Below, piece after piece: positions 26,039-36,100 of a DNA stretch of 64,000 nt. This DNA comes from a virus: IMG/VR virus record IMGVR_UViG_3300005613_000008, positions 1 to 64,000 of that record; one strand, given 5' to 3'. The notes under the pieces are model-generated. The model did not search any database, was not told where the DNA came from, and worked only from the letters and a program-made list of their open reading frames with translations. Position numbers and translations under genes: made by a program. Numbering within the stretch: position 1 is the first letter of the stretch; every line of letters starts with the position of its first letter.

Positions 26039-26673
26039 AAATTCTAACTTATATCCATATACCTAAAACAGCAGGAACCTCAATTAAGCATTCGATATCA
26101 CAAGAGAAATTTTTTGCATATAGTGGACATAATAGGACTCCAAATCACAATTTAGAACACTTTGTTGTTTTGCGAGAACCTGTTGATAGATTTTTAAGTG
26201 CGATATGGTATAGTTATTATAATGACAAGACTTGGAGAGGTGCTGATGATTTAATAAGATCGGGGCTGAGTACTCCAAATGATTTTTTAGATGTGTGCTT
26301 TGATAAAACGCATAAGTTGTATAACTTATGTCAAATAGAGTTTTCTAACAACAACAACCACTATGTTGATGGAAAAAAAATAAGCAGATCTTGGATTTAT
26401 GAGGAACAAATACTTTGGTGGAATAAGCCAAAACATATAATTCTTTTTCAAAATTTAGAAGAAGAATTAAAAAAAATAAAATTAGTAATTCCTCATAAAA
26501 ACAAGGCAATAAAAAGTCCATATTGTTTAAATGAAGAACAACACAAATCAATAAAAGAAATGTATAAAAATGATTATAAGTTGTGGTCTTATTGGTCTGA
26601 GATTTGCTTTAAAGAAAGAAAGAATATAAACTGGGATAAACATAAAGATTTTTTATTAAAAATAGCTAAATAA
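26035..26673 (+). CDS. carbohydrate sulfotransferase (family 2-like)
   Basis: PAPS-binding motifs YIHIPKTAGTS and LREPVDRFLS. Confidence 0.87.
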   Translation: MKILTYIHIPKTAGTSIKHSISQEKFFAYSGHNRTPNHNLEHFVVLREPVDRFLSAIWYSYYNDKTWRGADDLIRSGLSTPNDFLDVCFDKTHKLYNLCQIEFSNNNNHYVDGKKISRSWIYEEQILWWNKPKHIILFQNLEEELKKIKLVIPHKNKAIKSPYCLNEEQHKSIKEMYKNDYKLWSYWSEICFKERKNINWDKHKDFLLKIAK

Positions 26674-26674
26674 A

Positions 26675-27511
26675 ATGAAAATACTAATCACTGGACATAA
26701 GGGCTACATTGGTAGCAAACTATTTGAAAAATTGAATGATGGAATCAACATTGTTCATGGCTTAGATTTAAAAGATGGCAGAGACGTACTCCATCATTTG
26801 CCAAATACGAGTTATGACTATATATTTCATCTCGCAGCATTCCCCAGCGTACAGCAGTCAGTTAAGCACCCCTCAGATACATTCAAAAACAATGCTTACG
26901 CTACATCTGTCCTGTTAGAATGGGCAAAAAATCATAATGTAAAAAGAGTTATTTTTTCTTCCTCTGCTGCCGCTTCCGATGTAACATCACCCTACGGACT
27001 TCATAAGAGAATCTCAGAGCAAGAGTGCAAGCTTTATTCTGAACTCTACGGATTAGATACTGTTTGTCTTCGCTATCATAATGTCTATTCCGAAGATCAA
27101 ATCTATGGTGGCTCTTATTCCACAGCGATAAGCGCTTGGATGCAGATGATTCGGGAAGGTAGAGAACTTCGTATAGATGGAGATGGAGAACAGACAAGAG
27201 ATTTTGTACATGTTGATGACATTGTATCTGCTAACATTTTTTGTATGAACCAAGATAAGCCATTTGCTGGCGCAATACATGACGTTGCTAGCGGTGTTTC
27301 ATACTCTCTAAATTCAGTTAGAAAAGTAATTGATAGAAACCATAATGTAACTTGGATCCAAAATCCAGAAAGAAAAGGCGACATTAAACATTCACATTCG
27401 GACATTTCTGGGTTATTATCTCTTGGATGGAAGCCGTCTGTTACAATAGGAGATGGTTTGCAAAGATGTTTTTCAAAGGATAATCTATGTGTGGAATCTT
27501 TGGCTCAGTAG
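26675..27511 (+). CDS. NAD-dependent epimerase/dehydratase
   Basis: GHKGYIG, HLAA, SSSAA, YGLHK (YxxxK), LRYHNVY and RDFVHVDD motifs. Confidence 0.92.
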   Translation: MKILITGHKGYIGSKLFEKLNDGINIVHGLDLKDGRDVLHHLPNTSYDYIFHLAAFPSVQQSVKHPSDTFKNNAYATSVLLEWAKNHNVKRVIFSSSAAASDVTSPYGLHKRISEQECKLYSELYGLDTVCLRYHNVYSEDQIYGGSYSTAISAWMQMIREGRELRIDGDGEQTRDFVHVDDIVSANIFCMNQDKPFAGAIHDVASGVSYSLNSVRKVIDRNHNVTWIQNPERKGDIKHSHSDISGLLSLGWKPSVTIGDGLQRCFSKDNLCVESLAQ

Positions 27512-29307
27512 CCGATAAAGTAGAATACAATGTAGTTAAGCAGGGTCTCAAAAACCTTGCTTATCGTGGTTATGACTCGGCGGGCATTGCTGTCGCAACC
27601 TCGCAAGGAGTCGTAATCGAGAGAACAGAGGGACACCCCAAGTTCCTCCCAGATCTTGGACTCACTGGCACAGTTGCAATCGGACATAACCGATGGGCTA
27701 CTCACTCACCCCCAACAAAAGAGAACTCTCACCCTTACACTTCCAATGACAACAAGATTAGTCTTGTTCATAACGGAATTATTGAGAACTATGTTGAGGT
27801 CAAGAACTTTCTAGAAGGCAAGGGATTTACTTTCTATTCTCAGACGGACACCGAGGTGTTACCAAACCTTATTCAGTATTATCTCTCGCAAGGAGACGAT
27901 CTACGCGCTGCTATGCGTCATACCGCAAAGCATGTTGAGGGCGCATTCGGCGTTATCTTCATTCATGCTGACTACCCAAATCAGATGAACTTGATGAAAC
28001 TTGGCTCCCCAATGTATGTCGGTCGCGCTGACGATGCTGTCTATGTTTGTTCTGATGCCTACTCATTTCCAGAAGAAGTTAAGACCTTCTCTTCAATTGA
28101 CGACAGTAAGATCCTTATCATTCGTAAGGACTCTGTTGATGTTCAGGATCTTAACGGCACCAAACTAACCCTAATCTTTGAAGAGAAGGATGTCTCAGCA
28201 GATACCTACTGTCTTGGTAAGTACGACCACTACATGCAGAAAGAAATCTATGAGCAGTTTGATTATGTAATGTCTGGACTCATGGGCAGAATCAAGGATA
28301 CAGAAATCGTTCTTGGTGGTCTCCAAGACTGCATAGAAAGTCTTGCAAACAGTAATCAGATCATCTTTACAGGTTGTGGATCTGCCAACAACGCCGCCCG
28401 AGTTGGGGCACTTGCTATGGAGGAAGTTGGTAAACTTATGTCTCGCAACATGCCTTCTGGCGAGTTGAAGTATAGAGACGCCCTCGTAGATGAAAAGTCT
28501 TGGCTTGTAACTGTCTCTCAATCTGGCGAAACTGCTGACGTTATCGGTTGTATCAAGAACATGAAAGCAAAGGGTGCTAACGTTCTCGGCATCGTGAATA
28601 CTCCCAACTCAACCATCTACCAGATGACCGACTGTGGTATTCACATTCGCGCAGGAAAGGAAGTTTCTGTTGCCTCAACCAAGGCTGTTACGAATCAGAT
28701 TCTTGCCATGCTTCTTCTCGCTTACAAGATTGGACTTGAGAATGGGTGCTCCTATCGAGAATACAAACAATTTATCAAAGAAGCCCAGAAACTCCCCTAT
28801 TTTGTAAACAAGGTAATAGCCCTTGAGGATAAAATCAAAGGCATCTGCGAGACGTACAAGGACTCTAAAACTGCTTTTGTTATAGGTCGTAACACCCTTG
28901 AGCCCATCGCTGACGAGATTGCTTTGAAGATCAAAGAGATCTCTTACATTCATGCAGAAGGGTATTCTGGATCTGAGTTGAAGCACGGACCACTTGCACT
29001 CATTGATGACAAGATTCTCAACGTTTGCTTACTTGATAAGAACTTCTATCCTGAGAAGACTATCAGCAACATAGAGGAGATTAAAGCAAGAGGCGGCAAA
29101 GTTATTCTAATAACAAACTACACAAAGCATGAAATAGAGAATAAAATCTATGATAGGTTAGTTAGCGTAGAGACTGGTGAGAATAAATACATAACTGCTA
29201 TGATTTTCAACATCGTAGGACAGTTACTTTCTTACCACCTCGCTCTCCATAATGGTAGAGATGTTGATTTACCTAGAAATCTCGCCAAAAGCGTAACCGT
29301 TGAATAA
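27487..29307 (+). CDS. glmS: glucosamine--fructose-6-phosphate aminotransferase
   Basis: N-terminal MCGIFG, YRGYDSAG, HNGIIEN, SQSGETAD, ELKHGP and C-terminal PRNLAKSVTVE. Confidence 0.97.
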   Translation: MCGIFGSVADKVEYNVVKQGLKNLAYRGYDSAGIAVATSQGVVIERTEGHPKFLPDLGLTGTVAIGHNRWATHSPPTKENSHPYTSNDNKISLVHNGIIENYVEVKNFLEGKGFTFYSQTDTEVLPNLIQYYLSQGDDLRAAMRHTAKHVEGAFGVIFIHADYPNQMNLMKLGSPMYVGRADDAVYVCSDAYSFPEEVKTFSSIDDSKILIIRKDSVDVQDLNGTKLTLIFEEKDVSADTYCLGKYDHYMQKEIYEQFDYVMSGLMGRIKDTEIVLGGLQDCIESLANSNQIIFTGCGSANNAARVGALAMEEVGKLMSRNMPSGELKYRDALVDEKSWLVTVSQSGETADVIGCIKNMKAKGANVLGIVNTPNSTIYQMTDCGIHIRAGKEVSVASTKAVTNQILAMLLLAYKIGLENGCSYREYKQFIKEAQKLPYFVNKVIALEDKIKGICETYKDSKTAFVIGRNTLEPIADEIALKIKEISYIHAEGYSGSELKHGPLALIDDKILNVCLLDKNFYPEKTISNIEEIKARGGKVILITNYTKHEIENKIYDRLVSVETGENKYITAMIFNIVGQLLSYHLALHNGRDVDLPRNLAKSVTVE

Positions 29308-29316
29308 GGAGCAACA

Positions 29317-29538
29317 ATGAGTAACGGAACTTTTAAACTATCAAATCAGGCAGTAGGTGCCCTAATGATGGCTCTACAGGAGTCACTACTAAATGAGTTG
29401 GACATTGTTCCAATCATCAAGGGTTTTGAGTTACAGGCAGACGATGAAGGTCTTGTTGTAACCAATCCACCAACTGTCCGCGTTAGCAACAGTAAACCAA
29501 TCACCGAGCAAGACCTGCTCAACATGGCGGGCGAATAG
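29317..29538 (+). CDS. hypothetical protein
   Basis: SD AAGGAG; 73 aa. Confidence 0.75.
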   Translation: MSNGTFKLSNQAVGALMMALQESLLNELDIVPIIKGFELQADDEGLVVTNPPTVRVSNSKPITEQDLLNMAGE

Positions 29539-29793
29539 TTGCCGCGCTATCAATATAAGTGTGAAAGCTGCGAAGGAAACTTCGTGGCTTTTCATTCTTT
29601 GTCAGAGACAAAGGAATCTTGTGACCTCTGTGGGCACGAGGGAGTTACAAAAATGGTGGGTAAGCCGATAGTCCTTAACAAAAAACAAAGCGATTCTATC
29701 ACTACTGGTGACCTCACAAACGAATATATAGAAGCAAACAGAGAGCTTCTAAAAGAAATGAAGGAGGAAGCCAAAAATGGATTTTATGAGTAG
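29539..29793 (+). CDS. FmdB-family zinc-ribbon protein
   Basis: MPRYQYKCESC...CDLCG; TTG start directly after a TAG. Confidence 0.82.
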   Translation: MPRYQYKCESCEGNFVAFHSLSETKESCDLCGHEGVTKMVGKPIVLNKKQSDSITTGDLTNEYIEANRELLKEMKEEAKNGFYE

Positions 29794-30109
29794 ATTAGAA
29801 ATGGTGCTTACACTATTGTTGTTACTATCTCTTGCCTTCAATGTAATATTATTTATTTATTCTCGTAATGTAGCACAAAAACTTGTTCTAATCTCTAACG
29901 AGATAGATGATTTGCGTGCTGCTGCTGCCAGTTTTGCTTCTCACGTCAAAGCTGTTTATGAGCTTGAGATGTTCTATGGGGATCAGACCTTACAGGCACT
30001 TATGGATCATGCTCGTTCATTCCGAGAATACATGGACGAATTTGATTTTATCTATATACCAGACGATGAGGAAACTGATGCCAAAACACAGCAAATCGAA
30101 GAAATCTAA
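29777..30109 (+). CDS. membrane-anchored coiled-coil protein
   Basis: N-terminal TM LTLLLLLSLAFNVILFIY; SD AGGAGG. Confidence 0.75.
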   Translation: MDFMSRLEMVLTLLLLLSLAFNVILFIYSRNVAQKLVLISNEIDDLRAAAASFASHVKAVYELEMFYGDQTLQALMDHARSFREYMDEFDFIYIPDDEETDAKTQQIEEI

Positions 30110-30770
30110 TCATTATTTTACCAAAGAACATGAAAAAGCAATAATGGAATATTGTTCTTCGGATTGTAATAGACGTAAGACTGAAATTTATGTAACGATG
30201 TTACAGCCAGCTTTTAGCGAGATGGTAGATAAAATTGTATTTACTTATAAGTTTACAACACTCCCGAATATAGATCTTCTCAGAGAAGAGTGTAAAGTTT
30301 GGCTGATTACTATTTTAGATAAATTTCAACCAGATAAAGGACATAAGGCTTTCTCTTATTTCTCGGTTATAACGAAGAACTGGTTTATTCATAAGGTCAA
30401 AAAACAAAAGCGTAAGATTCAACGTGAAGTAGATTATGACGCTGCACCAAAGAGATTCGAGGAAGAGTATCTTTCAACAGACCAAACTTGGGTAACAGAT
30501 CAAGTTGAGCGAGAGTTCTGGCTTTCTTTCTACGAAGATTTGAAGACTTGGAAATACAATGACATGCGAGACAGTGATGAGAAAGTATATAAGGCTATTG
30601 TCGTACTTTTTGAGAGCAAAGACGACATAGAAATTTTTAACAAAAAGGCTGTGTATCTCTATTTAAGGGAGATAACCGGGCTAAACACAAAGCAGGTTGT
30701 AAATTCTCTGAACAAGTTCCGTGAACATTACAGAGATTTCAAAACAGATTGGGAAAATGGCAAGATATGA
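30078..30770 (+). CDS. phage RNA polymerase sigma factor (T4 gp55-like)
   Basis: Start MPKHSK (SD GAGGA); NHYFTKEHEKAI...KFQPDKGHKAFSYFSVITKNWFIHKVKK matches the sigma region-2 pattern; C-terminal HTH-like segment. Confidence 0.78.
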   Translation: MPKHSKSKKSNHYFTKEHEKAIMEYCSSDCNRRKTEIYVTMLQPAFSEMVDKIVFTYKFTTLPNIDLLREECKVWLITILDKFQPDKGHKAFSYFSVITKNWFIHKVKKQKRKIQREVDYDAAPKRFEEEYLSTDQTWVTDQVEREFWLSFYEDLKTWKYNDMRDSDEKVYKAIVVLFESKDDIEIFNKKAVYLYLREITGLNTKQVVNSLNKFREHYRDFKTDWENGKI

Positions 30771-31054
30771 ACGACGAATTTGACGATTTGATGGACGAGG
30801 CAATTGAAAACATTCGCAACGACCGCAAGGTTGCGCGAGAGTTCTTGAACGAACTTGCAAATCAGATTGCTCAAAACGCAGAAAACAACCGAGCACTTTC
30901 CCCCGTCGCTGCTAAACATATTGAAACAATGCAGCGTTCCAATGAGCAGTTGGTGAAAGTTCTCACCCTCAAGCAGAAGGAGAGAACCAAGGAAGTTGGC
31001 TTGTCTGACGAAGATAAAGCTAGTCTCTTTGATATGATTCAAGGAGAGAACTGA
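30767..31054 (+). CDS. helical hypothetical protein
   Basis: ATGA-coupled to the sigma gene. Confidence 0.75.
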   Translation: MNDEFDDLMDEAIENIRNDRKVAREFLNELANQIAQNAENNRALSPVAAKHIETMQRSNEQLVKVLTLKQKERTKEVGLSDEDKASLFDMIQGEN

Positions 31055-32091
31055 TGGCTAAAAAGAACTATTTTGACTTCTCGCAGTTTGATGAAGTTGG
31101 TGATGCTATGGATCTTTTCGCCAATACTATCAGAAATGCTTTTGAGTTTGATGCGTTAGCGGGAAAAGATACCTTCAATGCAGTTGTGTTAACCCAACCA
31201 ATCCCAATGGACGAAAGCCAGATTGCCTCTTTTATACAAACTAAGCAAAATGATGAAAAGCAATCTGCCGATGATGACATTCCAAGATTTACCTTCAAGG
31301 CAAGGATTTTGGGACAACAATCGCCTCATTTATTTTTGCCCGATCCTTGTGACATAACAATTGCCAAAGAGATACAAGAGCAGCAGAACATACAAGATGT
31401 TATAGATATGCATACAACGGTTATTGCAATCAACGCTGTTGATAGACCTGCTCTTGGAGATGTTGTTAAAATAAAGATCGATCAAGGAACTTTCTCCATC
31501 AATCCACAAACTGCTGAATATGTTGGTCTTGTTACGAACTCGCCATCAGCAATTAACAATATTTTAGGATCCCAGAGGGGTGAATGTAAACAAGCATTAG
31601 AAAATACGTTTGCGGGTTACAATGGATCGGTTGTGCAAGGAGGAAAGCCAATCAGAGACCTTTCTAGACTAGATAAACAATTTAGACAAATAGTTGAAAC
31701 CTTGGTTCAAAAATTAAAAGACAGAGGATTCATTCCTTATGTGGCTGAAACGTTTAGGACACCAGATAGACAAAGGTTTCTTTATAACATTGGGCAAAGC
31801 AAAATAGAAAGTGGTGGAATGCATGAGAAAGGATTAGCCGTTGACATCATTGATGGAAGACCTCATGAAGACGGAAAGGGAATTGTTGGTTGGGGCTCGT
31901 ATGAAGAAGAGGCAAAAAAAAATGGTATAGAGCCGACCGAAGCAGACAAAAAAGCAACCAAAGATGCTAATGAATTTTTTGATGCTCTGGGGCAAGAAGC
32001 TAGAGAACTAAATTTAGTTTGGGGTGGGGACTGGAAGACATTTATAGATAAACCACATGTTGAAATGAGCGAGAGAAGTGAAGATGCCTGA
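31054..32091 (+). CDS. gp5-like N-terminal region fused to M15 (L-Ala-D-Glu-type) peptidase; tail lysin or endolysin
   Basis: ETFRTPDRQRFLY, HEKGLAVD and WGGDWKTFIDKPHVE motifs; position at the head of the baseplate cluster. Confidence 0.75.
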   Translation: MAKKNYFDFSQFDEVGDAMDLFANTIRNAFEFDALAGKDTFNAVVLTQPIPMDESQIASFIQTKQNDEKQSADDDIPRFTFKARILGQQSPHLFLPDPCDITIAKEIQEQQNIQDVIDMHTTVIAINAVDRPALGDVVKIKIDQGTFSINPQTAEYVGLVTNSPSAINNILGSQRGECKQALENTFAGYNGSVVQGGKPIRDLSRLDKQFRQIVETLVQKLKDRGFIPYVAETFRTPDRQRFLYNIGQSKIESGGMHEKGLAVDIIDGRPHEDGKGIVGWGSYEEEAKKNGIEPTEADKKATKDANEFFDALGQEARELNLVWGGDWKTFIDKPHVEMSERSEDA

Positions 32092-33112
32092 ATCAAAAAA
32101 AATAAAAATCTTTAATGATGAAAAGCTCAGTAAAGAGAAGCAAAGAATATTCAAAGAAGCACAAAGCCTAAACAAAATAATTCTCGGCTTAGACGGCTCA
32201 AATCCAACAGCTCAGCCACTAAACTCTTCTGGTTTATTTGGCAAGAAGCCTTATGAGCCTCAAGTAAAATACAACTTTGCTCCAAGTGAAAACGTCATCA
32301 ATAATGGCAATGCCTTCATAACACTTGGCAAAGATCGTCCTTCTGGAAAGGCATCTGGATTTGGTGGTCAAGGGGCTACAGGTGCCAATGCTATTGATTT
32401 AGTTGTTGGTAGAATGGCTTCAAGTAAAAGACCAGATGGTGCTATTGTAGATAACAGTTTTTCAGCCGACGCGGCAAGAATCTACATAAGCCAGCTAACC
32501 AACATTGATTTCAATTTTGGAATAGATCCGGGTAAGTCAGGTTACATGGAAGCTCGCTCTGGTATTGGAATAAAAGCAGATGGCGTTCGTGTCATCGGAA
32601 GGGAGGGTGTCAAGATTGTGACAGGTCGGTCTACAAATAGCACTGGATTTGGAAACAAAGGCGAAACCAACTCTCTTGGAGGAAAAATCTCCCAACCAGC
32701 ACCACTTATCGAGCTAATCGCTGGTAACAATACCGAATCAAGAGAAGTTGCTGGCGGTTTATTCAATACTCCAGAAAAATATGATACCCTACAAGGTGTC
32801 GCAATGGGACAAAATACAGTCGAAGCCCTAAGAGATTTAAGTGAGATTTTAGATAAACTTACCTCTTCTTTGTTTAACTTTGTCAATCTACAGACGCAGT
32901 TCAACGCTGCTTTGGCTGGAGCAGTTTCTTTACCTGCCCCGGCTGCTGGAGCCGCAGTTGGGGCTTTGACAACTGCCAACACAATCAGGATGCTGGTTCA
33001 AGTTTGGACTCCCTATTATCAAGCAAGGCTTGGAAAATTCTTGTGGGAAGTCAATCATCTACAACCGTTTGGCTATCGATACATAGAGAGTAGAAACGTT
33101 AAAACAACCTAG
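32078..33112 (+). CDS. baseplate hub/spike (gp5 C-terminal-like) protein
   Basis: Short beta-repeat style text (IDLVVGR, ARIYISQ, IGIKADGVRVIGREGVKIVT) and gene context. Confidence 0.6.
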   Translation: MKMPESKKIKIFNDEKLSKEKQRIFKEAQSLNKIILGLDGSNPTAQPLNSSGLFGKKPYEPQVKYNFAPSENVINNGNAFITLGKDRPSGKASGFGGQGATGANAIDLVVGRMASSKRPDGAIVDNSFSADAARIYISQLTNIDFNFGIDPGKSGYMEARSGIGIKADGVRVIGREGVKIVTGRSTNSTGFGNKGETNSLGGKISQPAPLIELIAGNNTESREVAGGLFNTPEKYDTLQGVAMGQNTVEALRDLSEILDKLTSSLFNFVNLQTQFNAALAGAVSLPAPAAGAAVGALTTANTIRMLVQVWTPYYQARLGKFLWEVNHLQPFGYRYIESRNVKTT

Positions 33113-33132
33113 TTAGATAGATAGGAAAGGCA

Positions 33133-36100
33133 ATGGCTCAATCAGAATTTTTGAAGCACCAAGACAAGAATGGTGATTTTCTAATAGATAAATGTGAAGT
33201 AGAACTCCCTGGATCAGAAGAAAAGGTCTGTCTAGATTGTATTCCTAATCCGAAGGCTGTTCTAACTGATTGGAAAAACTTGGAGATTGATTCTCCAAGG
33301 CTGAACGAGCGCACTTGTAGGTATGAAGTGGCGGTCACTACTCGCTTCAAGACGACAGGCGGCGAGAATGCCTCAGATGAAGAAGAAGCAAAAAATGCCC
33401 TTGATGAGAGATTTTTAGATTATCGCGAAGAGGCGATAGCAGCCTTACTCGATGCTTACAAAAAGAAAGAAGATGCGTTAAGCCTCTTTACAATGCAAGA
33501 AAATATTCAGTTTACAAACTGGGATCTTGAAGCAAGACCAAATTCAAGATTAAAGCTACTTTATTCAGTCCCATTCGATATATTGAATAGTTTAGAAGAC
33601 GAAGATGAACAAAATGAATCAGACGAAAGTGATGGTCCATTAACTATATCTTTTTTGGCATCCGAATTGGCATTCATGAATGTGAGAGTCAGAAAAGGAT
33701 TGAATCTTTATTCTCGCTACGATAAAGTAAATAAGATTATGAGCAAAGAATACTTTGCGTATGTTGATAATCTAAAACCATTTGACGTTGGCATCTATGG
33801 AGATAATGGATTTTCTCGCACATCATTGATGGCTCGTGTTCTTATTGAGCTAGATCAATTTTTAGTCAATAGAGGATACAATCTACCGGGTGTTGGCAGA
33901 GGAGTCTTAAAAGATAGAGTTGTTAAAATACAGTTTAATTTTACACAGGAAAGAAAATTAAAAAAGCTTACAATTTTTACTGTTGGGTGTAGAGAAAAGC
34001 CTATTATTTTCAGTGGTCGTAAACTCTCTGCCCTTAACAGAAAAGAATCTTTTAAAGATAAGACTGCCATGGGCTACCTCTCAAGACTGAGGGATATGGA
34101 TAGGGCACTTACTGCAAGAGAGCCAGAACATTTTATTGAATTTTTAAAAAATAATACTTATCCACAAATCGATTTGTTTAATTCAATTCAGACTCTCGAA
34201 GAGAACAGCGATGAACAAGATGTTTTATCATGTGTAGGTGAAGCTCTCTTAAGTGAGGGTAAAGAACTTGGACAAGATATATTAGACGAGGTTCTGAACA
34301 TAGCAGATGTCCTTGCCTATCAGTTCCACAAGAATATCTGTAAAAGATCTGAAGAGGAAAGAAGAAAAGAAGCTGTTGCTATGGGTGAAAGCTTCGATCC
34401 TGATCTTCCAGCAAAAGATTATCTTCCTTTTGGACAAGGCAACCCACTTGCAATAATGGCTACTAATCAGGCATTTAGGCAAATTGAAGCAAGCGATAAT
34501 GTTTTTGTAAGACTGTGTGGAGAATTCCTTACAGACAAGATTACTGGAGGTTCTTTAGAGATTAGAGATCTTTATGATATTTCTTTCAACAAGATGAAAA
34601 TATGTGGTCTCCTTGATCTTATGACAGAAGGACTACAGTGTCTATTCAAGGGTCTTACACTAGAAGAAGCTTTGGCACAAGCAATTTCTGCTGCTCTAAA
34701 GGCGATGTCCATAGAGAACTTTGGTGTCTTATTTGTTGGACTACCACCAGAGAAACAATCAGAACTTGATGATCTTGTAAAGCGAAAGTTGGAATCTGGC
34801 AATCTTTTCTCAGAGCAATCGAATGCAGAAATACTTTCCGATGCCACTTCGGCACAACCAGATGATCGTGGACCATCTGCTCCTGTATTTGGAGAAATAA
34901 ACTTTGTTAAACCATGGGAAGACCAAGACTATATCGATCGAGAAAGAGAATCAATGATTCCCGGTCCATATGAAGCTATGTCTCCTTCAAGCAAGCTTGT
35001 TCAGCCACCCGGTGGTTCCGTAATTCGTCGTTCGCTTGGTAAAGATTACGACAATCCAAACCAGTTTGCAGAACAACAAACACCATTCGCTGATGCAATC
35101 AGGGCTGTCCAAACAGAATCAAAACAAAAGTTTAGCCCAGACAACCTTATGGAAGCTTATTTTGCAGCTTTGATCGAAGTGTATTCTGATAATCTTCTTG
35201 AACTTCTTGACATAATGAACAGATTCCCAGGAGCCGAGATTATATCAAAAGTTATAGCTCTATTTGATTGTCCTCGACCACCTCTGTTTACGCCAAGTGT
35301 GATGGATTTCTTGAAAGACATTGAGCTTCCTTTCTGTAGAAACGTCAATGATATCACTCTGCCTAGGCTCAACAACCCACTTGATTTTATTAATTTAGAT
35401 TTATTTAAGCTATTGATAGATGCTGCAAAGATTGCAATTCAGAATGCAATCGTGTCTATTTTGGTGAAACTAATTGTAAAAGTTTGTGAGATTATTGGTA
35501 GCGCTATTTGTAAAGCAATTGAGACAGCAGGTAGTTTGGCTGCTGGATTGCCAGGATTACTGACTGGCAGAAACACAATCAAAGACATTTTGCGCGAATC
35601 AATCTGTGGTCCCCAGGCAGATGAAAAAGCTTTAGATGATTCTATTGTGGATATGTATAAGCTGCTTGGAGGTGTAGCTCCTGAAATAGCAAACAGAGAA
35701 AAGGTTCTTGCTTTCAATGAAGCTATGGCTTCATCTGTCACACGCCGAGAACTAATCGAGGCTTCAATGGGAGAGCCTTCAGAATCATTCCTAACTCTCG
35801 TTGATAATCTTGTTGAGTTTGAGTTCCCCGAGTTTAGAGAATCATTCTCAAACAAAAGCGCGATCGGTAACTTTTTCAGAAACTTTGGAAACCTTCTTCC
35901 AGCCGACTTTAGAGATCAGGCACAGCAGTTTGTTGATGGCTTGGAAGAAGATGATCAGTTGCCAGCAAACCCAAGCCTATGTGCTTCTCCAGAGCAGATT
36001 GAAGAGTTTTGCTCTCTACGCTCTCAGATTCTAGAAGGTAGAGCATCAGCAGAACAGATTGCGCAACTATGTCGCCCCGGCGAAGAGTTTGCAGATATAG

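Noticed and set aside
129-29907. Longest-ORF starts in the track (129, 5637, 10614, 18772, 21814, 24726, 29907)
   Set aside because: Downstream starts (246, 5652, 10641, 18802, 21835, 24741, 30078) give better SD or stop-start coupling and sensible N-termini.
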